Shown: positions 1-6,868 of the stretch, one piece after another
Layout: each line of letters opens with the position of its first letter
Numbering within the stretch: the stretch's first letter is position 1
Position numbers and translations under genes: made by a program
The notes under the pieces: generated by a model
What the model was told of the DNA's origin: nothing
Database searches by the model: none
What the model saw: only the letters and a program-made list of their open reading frames with translations
DNA from: Minisyncoccia bacterium
Lineage (GTDB): Bacteria; Patescibacteriota; Minisyncoccia; Phycocordibacterales; UBA918
DNA length: 10,155 nucleotides
Direction: 5' to 3'
Assembly (NCBI GenBank): GCA_964229335.1
Contig: CAXRCZ010000009.1
Span: 1-10,155 of the forward strand

Positions 1-7
1 GGCTGAT

Positions 8-83
8 TGGTGCGCGATGAGAGACTTGAACTCCCGACCTTCTCGGTGTAAACGAGCTGCTCTACCAACTGAGCTAATCGCGC
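8..83 (-). tRNA. tRNA-Val (anticodon TAC)
   Basis: Reverse complement reads GCGCGAT-TA-GCTCAGTTGGTAGAGC-A-GCTCG-TTTACAC-CGAGA-AGGTC-GGGAG-TTCAAGT-CTCTC-ATCGCGC-A-CCA: full cloverleaf, 76 nt, CCA encoded. Confidence 0.97.
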
Positions 84-104
84 ATGTTTAAATATGTGCG
101 AGAG

Positions 105-132
105 AGTATACAACAAAACCAGACTCATGCAA
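105..132 (-). promoter_or_regulatory. sigma70-type promoter for tRNA-Val
   Basis: Minus strand TTGCAT (132-127), 16 nt spacer, TATACT (110-105), about 20 nt upstream of the tRNA 5' end. Confidence 0.6.
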
Positions 133-157
133 CAAATTTCAAACTTAATTAGCCTAT

Positions 158-188
158 AAAAAGGAAAGACCGGTCATATAGACCGGTC
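158..188 (-). terminator. intrinsic terminator after the small basic ORF
   Basis: GACCGGTC-N5-GACCGGTC (168-188; each arm self-palindromic) followed on the minus strand by TTTCCTTTTT; begins 7 nt after the stop at 195-197. Confidence 0.65.
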
Positions 189-194
189 CGTGCC

Positions 195-347
195 CTAAAA
201 ATTTTTCCGAGCGCGAGAAGGGTTGCGACGATGGCCTTCTTCTCGTTCCGCTTTTGCTTGGGTAACATGCCCAGCGGATTTCCTCTTTTTCCTTTCCTTG
301 GCTCTTTCAACAAAAAGCGAAGTGCCAGGAATCAGGTCATGGAACAT
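195..347 (-). CDS. small basic hypothetical protein (50 aa, MFHDLIPGTS...RARKNF)
   Basis: ATG at 347 preceded by GGAGA (356-352); candidate promoter TTGCGT(411-406)-17-TATAAA(388-383); terminator downstream; K/R-rich. No family recognised. Confidence 0.55.
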   Translation of the reverse strand: MFHDLIPGTSLFVERAKERKKRKSAGHVTQAKAEREEGHRRNPSRARKNF

Positions 348-444
348 AAAATCTCCATTGTTGAACAAAAGTGTCAAACTTCTTTATAGTCGGTTTTTGC
401 AATCAACGCAAGTGAATACTGCTTTATAAAAGTCTTTACCAAGG

Positions 445-450
445 TATACT
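445..450 (+). promoter_or_regulatory. -10 element (TATACT), probably leaderless acylphosphatase transcript
   Basis: TATACT 6 nt upstream of ATG 457, no SD. Confidence 0.6.
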
Positions 451-456
451 GGCTCC

Positions 457-732
457 ATGCAAGAAATAGTTTGTCGGGTTGTAGGGAAGGTACAAGGTGT
501 GATGTATCGTACCTATGTGCAAGACGCTGCCACAAAATTAGAGCTAACTAGCTACGTAGAAAATTGTGCTGACGGTACTGTGGCGGTGGTGGCGCAAGGG
601 ATACCTGATACTCTAAAGGAACTGGTTGAATATCTGCATGAAGGTTCATCTCTTTCGAGAGTAGAGGAAGTGTCAGTCGAATGGCAGACGCCAAAACAGC
701 TCTTCGAAGAATTTTCTATCAAATACGTATAA
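457..732 (+). CDS. acyP: acylphosphatase
   Basis: 91 aa with V-x-G-K-V-Q-G-V-x-Y-R phosphate loop and YVEN-x-x-DGTV motif of the acylphosphatase family. Confidence 0.93.
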   Translation: MQEIVCRVVGKVQGVMYRTYVQDAATKLELTSYVENCADGTVAVVAQGIPDTLKELVEYLHEGSSLSRVEEVSVEWQTPKQLFEEFSIKYV

Positions 733-734
733 CT

Positions 735-1472
735 ATGAATGAGCCTCAAATAATTTTTGAAGACGATGATGTATTGGTGCTCGACAAACCGATAGGATGG
801 CTAGTCCATGAAGATGGTAAGGGTGATGGGCCAACGGTGGTTGAGTGGTTCCTGCGACATTGCCCAGCAGCCGAAGAGGTAGGTGAGATTGGTTATAGTC
901 CGGAGGGCACAGAACTGAATCGCTCTGGAGTAGTGCACCGATTAGATAGAGAAACCTCCGGTGTGCTTATTATGGCTAAGACGCAATCGGCACATGTTCA
1001 CTTAAAAAAACGATTCAAAGACCGCTTAGTTCACAAAGAATATCGAGCACTAGTGTACGGCAGGATGAAAGAACGGTGGGGAACCATCAGCGCTCCAATT
1101 GGGAGAAGTGGCAAAGACGCCAGACAACGCTCAGCGCTGCCGGGTGCAAAAGGCACGTTGCGCGAGGCAGTCACTGAATACGAATCTATAAAAGAGGGGG
1201 AATACAACGGAGAAATCTTTTCTTTTCTACGGCTTGTTCCCAAGACCGGTCGGACGCACCAATTGCGAGTTCACTTACGGTATTTAGATAGACCGATTGT
1301 CGGCGATCAGCTATATGCAGAGTATAAAATACATGATTCCAATAATTTAAACTTGGATAGAATGGCCCTGCATGCAGAATCACTCGAACTCACGTTACCA
1401 AGTGGTGAGAAACAAGTATTCAAGACTCCGCTTCCTGATGAATTGCAAGCAGCAGTAGCCAAACTGAAATAG
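735..1472 (+). CDS. RluA/RluD-family rRNA pseudouridine synthase (no S4 domain)
   Basis: Motifs VLDKPxGWLVH, VVHRLDRETSG (catalytic Asp), TGRTHQLRVH, PIVGDQLY, ALHA. Start placed at ATG 735 (MNEPQII), 2 nt after the acyP stop. Confidence 0.93.
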   Translation: MNEPQIIFEDDDVLVLDKPIGWLVHEDGKGDGPTVVEWFLRHCPAAEEVGEIGYSPEGTELNRSGVVHRLDRETSGVLIMAKTQSAHVHLKKRFKDRLVHKEYRALVYGRMKERWGTISAPIGRSGKDARQRSALPGAKGTLREAVTEYESIKEGEYNGEIFSFLRLVPKTGRTHQLRVHLRYLDRPIVGDQLYAEYKIHDSNNLNLDRMALHAESLELTLPSGEKQVFKTPLPDELQAAVAKLK

Positions 1473-1483
1473 CTAAACAAGCG

Positions 1484-1512
1484 TTGCAAGCGGGGATAGT
1501 ATGTGGTAGATT
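1484..1512 (+). promoter_or_regulatory. sigma70 promoter for rplS
   Basis: TTGCAA (1484-1489), 17 nt spacer, TAGATT (1507-1512) with an extended TG at 1504-1505. Confidence 0.65.
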
Positions 1513-1545
1513 GTGCCGCACTTATAGACACAACACTATATTTAT

Positions 1546-2193
1546 ATGAAAGCAGCAATGGCAGGGGTGAATGTATCACCCGTCAACATGGAGGAACGAA
1601 AGAATCTTGGTATCAAAGCCGGAGATACTATTCGTGTTCACCAAAAAATTCAAGATAAAGGCAAGACCCGAATTCAGATATTCGAAGGTATTGTACTAGC
1701 CCGCAAACACGGTACTGAACCAGGAGCTACCTTTACTGTACGAAAGGTAACTAGTGGGGTAGGGGTAGAAAAAATCTTCCCACTGTACTCACCACTAATC
1801 GACAAACTAGAAATCGTGAAGCGAGCTAAGGTGCGTCGAGCCAAGCTATACTACATCCGCGAAAAAGTAGCCCGTGAAATCAAACGACAAATGCGTCGCA
1901 TGAGTCTCGTTTCAATGTCTACTGAATCAGGTGCCGAAGTGGCTGCCCGCGAAGCTGAAGAAGCTAAGAAGGCGGAAGAAGCCGCAGCGCAAGAGGCTGA
2001 AGCCAAAGCCGCAGAGGAAGCAGCTAAGGCAGAAGAGACTACGGCCGAAGAGCCAGCAACAGAAACTACTGCAGAAGAAGCAGAAGCACCGGAAGCTACT
2101 GAAGAAAATACAGAGGCTGAGGTCAGAGAAGAAGCTCCAGCAGCTGGACCAGAACCTTCAGAAGAGACAACCGAAGAAGAAAAGAAAGACTAA
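1546..2193 (+). CDS. rplS: 50S ribosomal protein L19 with acidic low-complexity C-terminal extension
   Basis: [42 protein letters not shown] and [11 protein letters not shown] are canonical L19 motifs, followed by about 90 Glu/Ala/Thr/Pro-rich residues. Start may instead be ATG 1558. Confidence 0.97.
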   Translation: MKAAMAGVNVSPVNMEERKNLGIKAGDTIRVHQKIQDKGKTRIQIFEGIVLARKHGTEPGATFTVRKVTSGVGVEKIFPLYSPLIDKLEIVKRAKVRRAKLYYIREKVAREIKRQMRRMSLVSMSTESGAEVAAREAEEAKKAEEAAAQEAEAKAAEEAAKAEETTAEEPATETTAEEAEAPEATEENTEAEVREEAPAAGPEPSEETTEEEKKD

Positions 2194-2194
2194 A

Positions 2195-2223
2195 CAAAAA
2201 CCGGCCGCAAAGGCCGGTTTTTG
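2195..2223 (+). terminator. intrinsic terminator after rplS (potentially bidirectional)
   Basis: CAAAAACCGGCC-GCAAA-GGCCGGTTTTTG: perfect stem with T-tract. Confidence 0.88.
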
Positions 2224-2236
2224 CTATACTTTTCTC

Positions 2237-3262
2237 ATGGAAGGATTTCCTAAAGACACGTCAAAAAACAAAAAAGAACTCAGTTTAGTTCTAGCTGCGG
2301 CTTTAGCTGCCTCAGTACCAAGTCAAGTTGAGGATGGAGGTATCGAAGCCACTACTTACACTAGTGAAGCCCTTGAGAAAGTTCCACAAGTTAGTGTTAT
2401 AGAGCTTGAGACGGGAGAAAAGATTTACGCTCACGAAGACGAGACCACTACCGAAATTATGGAGTATCTCTCCGGTCGCAGTGAACTAACCGAAGCAGAT
2501 ATTGCCGCTGGGTTACGCAAAGATTTTTTCAATGCCTTAAAGAGAGCTGGTGAAGATATAACTAGTGCCGAAATCAGGGACTATCTTTACAGTATTGATA
2601 GTAGAGAAAAGGTCACAGACTTTTACGAAAAATATTCACAAGTATATACAGAACCTTTAAAAGAATTTAACGGCGACACTGAGGCCTATGCCAATCACCG
2701 GTTCCAAGAGCAAACAGAGATAGAACAATCAATTCGTGAGAAGATAGATGATGGTCTTTACCAGGCATTGTGGGAAATCTATATACGAGGTGGAGCCCCA
2801 AGAATTGAATGGGTGGACACATCAGAAGAAAGAAGTTTGCGAAGAAATCAAAGATATGGAGGCAGCAACTATTACAAAACTCGTGACTCCCATGATAATG
2901 AGGACCCGACCATGTATCTTGATCGTTCATATAAATCAGACAGAGCGTTGGCTGCTTTTTTAGATGAGTTAGCACATAGTTTTAGTCATTTTAATAATCC
3001 AGAACAATTTTTTACTGGTATAGCTCAAATAGAGAAATATAAGAGAGGTAAAGATCTTACTGATCCAGTAGTGAAGAATAAAATCATTCAACTTTATAAT
3101 GAACCAGGTACAGAAGAATATTTGGCACATCAAGTCATCGCACCGATATTATTTGAGTTCATTGGAAAGTATCACCCTTCAATGCAAAAATATTTACAAC
3201 GATATGAAGAAAATAGAGAGGAATTGAGACAGTTGCAAAGCGAAGATAAACCTATAGAATGA
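2237..3262 (+). CDS. hypothetical protein, 341 aa, N-terminal hydrophobic segment and zincin-like xExxH motif
   Basis: ATG 2237 follows TGcTATACT by 6 nt; hydrophobic LSLVLAAALAASVP near the N-terminus; AFLDELAHSF and PGTEEYLAH motifs. The ORF-track extension back to 1931 is a shadow frame of the rplS tail. Confidence 0.8.
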   Translation: MEGFPKDTSKNKKELSLVLAAALAASVPSQVEDGGIEATTYTSEALEKVPQVSVIELETGEKIYAHEDETTTEIMEYLSGRSELTEADIAAGLRKDFFNALKRAGEDITSAEIRDYLYSIDSREKVTDFYEKYSQVYTEPLKEFNGDTEAYANHRFQEQTEIEQSIREKIDDGLYQALWEIYIRGGAPRIEWVDTSEERSLRRNQRYGGSNYYKTRDSHDNEDPTMYLDRSYKSDRALAAFLDELAHSFSHFNNPEQFFTGIAQIEKYKRGKDLTDPVVKNKIIQLYNEPGTEEYLAHQVIAPILFEFIGKYHPSMQKYLQRYEENREELRQLQSEDKPIE

Positions 3263-3280
3263 GACCCACCTCAAATATAT

Positions 3281-3364
3281 GTCCACGTGGCGGAATTGGT
3301 AGACGCGCTACCTTGAGGGGGTAGTGGGAGTATTCCCGTGCTGGTTCAACTCCAGTCGTGGACA
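3281..3364 (+). tRNA. tRNA-Leu (anticodon GAG)
   Basis: GTCCACG acceptor stem pairing with CGTGGAC; D-arm GCGGAATTGGTAGACGC; CTACC-TTGAGGG-GGTAG anticodon arm; long variable arm; GCTGG-TTCAACT-CCAGT T-arm; discriminator A; CCA not encoded (followed by CAA). Confidence 0.96.
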
Positions 3365-3370
3365 CAAGAA

Positions 3371-3399
3371 AAAATGAGCACCGATACAGTGCTCATTTT
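3371..3399 (+). terminator. intrinsic terminator after tRNA-Leu
   Basis: AAAATGAGCAC-CGATACA-GTGCTCATTTT: perfect 11-bp stem. Confidence 0.8.
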
Positions 3400-3417
3400 G
3401 CGTTATACTGGATTAAT

Positions 3418-3879
3418 ATGAAGAAGCGTCCAACTGAAAAAGATTTTTCATACGGAGTCGTTCCAGTTCTCGATACTCCAGCTGGGTGGAGAGTACTTCT
3501 AGTACACCAACTTTCTCATAAAGGTGGCAACCACCGATTTTGGATTTTCCCCAAAGGTCATGCCGAGGGGGACGAGACACCGCACCAAGCTGCCAAGCGA
3601 GAACTGCAAGAAGAAACCGGCATTATAGAGGTCACTCTGGAAGAAAAAACTCAGTTTGAAGTGCGGTATAACTTTCGGCACGAAGAGAAAATAATTAAAA
3701 AGACAGTAATTTATTATCTGGGCTACTGTCGAGATAGCCAGACAAAACTCACGCAACCAGAAGAAATTATTGAAATGAAATGGTGCGACTTCACTACTGC
3801 TGAAAAACTCCTATCACACAAAAATTCTAAGAAAGTGCTAAAGCAAGCGATGGAGTTTTTGAAAGCGGCACATACTTGA
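3418..3879 (+). CDS. Nudix hydrolase, Ap4A hydrolase (bis(5'-nucleosyl)-tetraphosphatase)-like
   Basis: Perfect Nudix box G-HAEGD-E-TPHQAAK-RELQEETGI preceded by WIFPKG and SYGVVP. Start at ATG 3418 (MKKRPTEK) after TATACT at 3404-3409; the longer ORF call overlaps the tRNA and its terminator. Confidence 0.92.
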   Translation: MKKRPTEKDFSYGVVPVLDTPAGWRVLLVHQLSHKGGNHRFWIFPKGHAEGDETPHQAAKRELQEETGIIEVTLEEKTQFEVRYNFRHEEKIIKKTVIYYLGYCRDSQTKLTQPEEIIEMKWCDFTTAEKLLSHKNSKKVLKQAMEFLKAAHT

Positions 3880-3949
3880 TATTTCAGCTTAGGTGTGGCA
3901 CGGTGAACTTTGGAAGTACTGCACAATCAACTCAAACGGGAGAATCACC

Positions 3950-4516
3950 ATGCTTCGTATTTTTGCTATTACTCTGGCACTCGCGCTGGGAACGTTCGCT
4001 GCGCCCGCAAAGGCGCAGGCGACCACTATCGTGTGTTCGGATATCGAGGATTTGAAAAAAGTTCTCGAGGAAGTCGATCGACCAGAAAAGCTCAATGCGT
4101 ACTGGAAATTCCCATACACGCAGAGACAAATGAGTCGCCACTTCTGCCGCCGCAGAGGAGTGACTCGCCCTACTGAGTTGCACTGGTGGGGCTGGCACGA
4201 GAATAGTTCAGGGGTACTCTTTCCAATCATTCAAGCCACTCCGGTAGAGCAAAGAATGAGGGCTAGGCGGGCGCTCCAGCGGGAGTTTTATCCCGACTTT
4301 GCTTACTCGAGTGAAGATTTCATCTTCACTCGGTGTGGCTATCGGACAGCAGGATTGGGGCGCCAAATCAATCGCTGCATCATGCCACGCAATTGCAGAT
4401 CCCAGCGGGCTTACGCACTCGGCACAGGTTACGGTCTAAGGCGACCGCTACCTGATTACGTCAGGTTTCGTCCGGACTGTGGCAGCCGGAGAGGTCCTGG
4501 GGAGTACATTGATTAA
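3950..4516 (+). CDS. secreted hypothetical protein (188 aa, signal peptide, 6 Cys, Arg-rich)
   Basis: SD GGGAGA at 3938-3943 before ATG 3950; Sec signal MLRIFAITLALALGTFAAPAKA/QA; own terminator. No family recognised. Confidence 0.72.
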   Translation: MLRIFAITLALALGTFAAPAKAQATTIVCSDIEDLKKVLEEVDRPEKLNAYWKFPYTQRQMSRHFCRRRGVTRPTELHWWGWHENSSGVLFPIIQATPVEQRMRARRALQREFYPDFAYSSEDFIFTRCGYRTAGLGRQINRCIMPRNCRSQRAYALGTGYGLRRPLPDYVRFRPDCGSRRGPGEYID

Positions 4517-4551
4517 ACCGTGGTAGTGAGTTTGGAACATTGCCGAACAAC

Positions 4552-4589
4552 AAAAAGCACCGGGGGCGCGAAGCGTCCCCGGTTTTGTA
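4552..4589. terminator. intrinsic terminator between convergent genes
   Basis: ACCGGGGGCGC-GAA-GCGTCCCCGGT (4559-4583) with a T-rich tail on + and an A-tract at 4552-4556; sits between stops at 4516 (+) and 4591 (-). Confidence 0.8.
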
Positions 4590-4590
4590 T

Positions 4591-5007
4591 TTATAGGAAA
4601 AATAATCCAATCACAATTGCTCCTATCCAGCTGAGAGAGGAAACAGCTCCAGATAAGAGGAGCTTTTTTTGTACCCTAGAGGGTAATGATTGATAGGGAG
4701 TAGAGGTAGCATGACGAGATAACTGCCCGATAGCAATTGCATTAATAACTAACACTACTACAAAAAACATCTTGAGCCAGTACTCAGGTTGGGTAGAAAA
4801 GTAATCCCAAGCTGGTGCTACTAAAAAGATACCCGTCACAATCATTCCCAATAGTCCAAGCCAAATTAACCGGTGCGTCCAGGTGATGAAGCGAAGAGAA
4901 ATGGTTGCTCGTTTGCCTCTAAAATATTGCACACCTTGATGATCAGCTATCAAAATAACGCACACTGTAGCAACTAAGATAGCTAAATGAATACTTACCA
5001 ATGCCAT
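4591..5007 (-). CDS. 4-TM membrane protein (CopD/DUF2214/DUF6644-like helical bundle)
   Basis: Four hydrophobic segments, N-terminal His, GLLGMIVTGIFL and YWLKM motifs; start 3 nt after the TspO stop. Family assignment is tentative. Confidence 0.75.
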   Translation of the reverse strand: MALVSIHLAILVATVCVILIADHQGVQYFRGKRATISLRFITWTHRLIWLGLLGMIVTGIFLVAPAWDYFSTQPEYWLKMFFVVVLVINAIAIGQLSRHATSTPYQSLPSRVQKKLLLSGAVSSLSWIGAIVIGLFFL

Positions 5008-5010
5008 AGA

Positions 5011-5406
5011 TTACCAATTCAAATAGGTTATAGAGAGTTGTAAAACTGTCGCAAACCCAACCCACGCTAGATAGGGTAGGTTAAGATACGCTACCCACGG
5101 GTGGTACGGATGGATGACGATGAGTGCCCATACTAGTGTTCCAAGTACCAGCAAAATATCAATCGCTGCCAAGAGGTTGTTTTGCAAACCAAATTGAATT
5201 GGAGAAAAGGCCAGATTGAATAGTAGATTCAGAGCAAAGGGAAGAACCACTAACCAAGGCAGACCGCCTTTAATAGCTTGCCAAAATACGTAGCCAAAGG
5301 TAATAGCAATGATGGTGTAAAGTACACTCCAGACTGGTCCAAAGAGCCAAGTCGGTGGAGCAAAAAAAGGTTTTTCGAGTGCTTGATACCAGGCCGCTTC
5401 ATTCAT
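5011..5406 (-). CDS. tspO: TspO/MBR tryptophan-rich sensory protein
   Basis: WYQALEKPFFAPPTWLFGPVWSVLY, LNLLFN..SPIQFG and LPYLAWVGFATVL are TspO signature segments. Confidence 0.95.
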   Translation of the reverse strand: MNEAAWYQALEKPFFAPPTWLFGPVWSVLYTIIAITFGYVFWQAIKGGLPWLVVLPFALNLLFNLAFSPIQFGLQNNLLAAIDILLVLGTLVWALIVIHPYHPWVAYLNLPYLAWVGFATVLQLSITYLNW

Positions 5407-5420
5407 ATTTTTAGTATAAC

Positions 5421-6818
5421 TTACTTAGCTGTATCTTTGGCTTTTTTATACGCTTCGCGCGCCCAATGATAACTATCTTTTTGATTTACTAATGGTGATG
5501 GATAATCGCTGGCAAGCTCACTAAAGTCCTGGGTCTTACCATCAGTCAGTTTTTCAGCTGGTACATCTTTGAGTTCAGACACCCATTTTTTTATAAATTC
5601 TGCATCTGGGTCATATTTTTCGGCTTGAGTGTAGGGGTTAAAAATTCGTAATGGTCTTGGGTCGGCACCGGTTGAAGCGCTCCATTGCCACCCGCCATTA
5701 TTTTGGGCCGGGTCATAGTCAATCAAATGCTGTGCAAAATATTTTTCACCCCACTGCCAATTGATAAGAAGATTTTTGGTGAGATATGAAGCTACTATCA
5801 TACGCACTCGGTTGTGCATCCAGCCAATAGTATTGAGTTGTCGCATGCCAGCATCTACCATCGGCACACCAGTCTTGCCTTCAGACCAAGCAGCAAATTG
5901 TTTTTCATCATTTACCCAATCAATGTTATTGCCCCAACCATAGAATGATTCCTCGAAGATATGAGGATTATGGAGAGCGATATAGTAATAAAAATCTCGC
6001 CAGTACAATTCGCTAATGAATTGCTCGGTATTGGTGGACTGCTCTTTAACCATTTCATAGGTTTCGCGAATGGATATTGTGCCAAACTTATGATGAGCAG
6101 ATAGGGTAGAGGTTCCATCAATTGCTGGTAGGTTGCGGTCGGTGCGGTAGTTTTTTAAAAACTGATTTTGTCGTAATAATTTCAACCCTTCCTCTCGACC
6201 GCCGTGAAGTAATAAGTCCTCATTTTTTTCTGGCGTGTAATCCTTAAGAGAAACAGTAGGAGTTTCGAGAGAGCCGGAGAAATAATTTGAAAAATTATTT
6301 CTCCGCGGCGCAGGTACATCGTATTCAGCGCGAGCTTTTTTCATGAACGGTGTAAAGACGCTGTACAACTTCTCTTGGTTGGTACGAATTTTATCTATTG
6401 GCGATAGGGTGTAGTCTCGAAACGAACAGAATTCCACGTCACGCTTTTTACACATTTCTGCAATCATCTCATCTCGCGTACGCGCAAACGGGGTGTAGTC
6501 TTCATTCAAAAATACCGCGTCTATATCGTCTTTCTTAATGAGTGAATCGATTATTTCAACGGGTTGTCCGCTGCAAACAAATAGTTGTCGATTGCGACGG
6601 CGCAGAGCATCATCAAGTTCTTGGAGAGAACGCACCATAAATGAAAACGCCGGCAAACTGAAATATTCGTTTTTCTTTTTATCGACTTGCTGCGAGTCAA
6701 AGATAAATAGGGGAACTACCGTCTCAGCCTGATCCAGCGCTGCCAACAAGCCAGTGTTGTCCTCCAATCGCAAGTCTCTTCTAAAGATAAATACTGCTTT
6801 TTTATAGGGCTTATCCAT
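5421..6818 (-). CDS. phrB: deoxyribodipyrimidine (CPD) photolyase, cryptochrome/photolyase family
   Basis: FRRDLRLEDN, TSTLSAHHKFGTISIR, FISELYWRDFY, GKTGVPMVDAGMRQL, GWMHNRVRMIVAS, LIDYD..NNGGWQW, RIFNP..QAEKYDP. Start placed at ATG 6818, 6 nt after TGcTACTCT. Confidence 0.96.
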   Translation of the reverse strand: MDKPYKKAVFIFRRDLRLEDNTGLLAALDQAETVVPLFIFDSQQVDKKKNEYFSLPAFSFMVRSLQELDDALRRRNRQLFVCSGQPVEIIDSLIKKDDIDAVFLNEDYTPFARTRDEMIAEMCKKRDVEFCSFRDYTLSPIDKIRTNQEKLYSVFTPFMKKARAEYDVPAPRRNNFSNYFSGSLETPTVSLKDYTPEKNEDLLLHGGREEGLKLLRQNQFLKNYRTDRNLPAIDGTSTLSAHHKFGTISIRETYEMVKEQSTNTEQFISELYWRDFYYYIALHNPHIFEESFYGWGNNIDWVNDEKQFAAWSEGKTGVPMVDAGMRQLNTIGWMHNRVRMIVASYLTKNLLINWQWGEKYFAQHLIDYDPAQNNGGWQWSASTGADPRPLRIFNPYTQAEKYDPDAEFIKKWVSELKDVPAEKLTDGKTQDFSELASDYPSPLVNQKDSYHWAREAYKKAKDTAK

Positions 6819-6868
6819 GTGGTGAGAGTAGCACACCGAGGTAACTTTTGGTATTTGCAGCCTCCATA

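Noticed and set aside
681-734. Longer RluA start overlapping acyP
   Set aside because: The family N-terminus begins at MNEPQIIFED (735), right after the acyP stop.
1931-2236. K/R/Q-rich N-terminal extension of the 443-aa ORF
   Set aside because: It is the shifted frame of the GAA/GCA-rich rplS tail and crosses the rplS terminator; the gene has its own -10 and ATG at 2237.
3358-3417. Nudix N-terminal extension from GTG 3358
   Set aside because: Overlaps the tRNA-Leu 3' end and its terminator; ATG 3418 has its own -10.
3896-3912. Sigma54 promoter (TGGCAC) upstream of the secreted ORFan
   Set aside because: The -12 TTGC element is absent at the required spacing.
3281-4583. Genomic island integrated at tRNA-Leu
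   Set aside because: No integrase, and I found no duplicated tRNA 3' end (att site) in the window.
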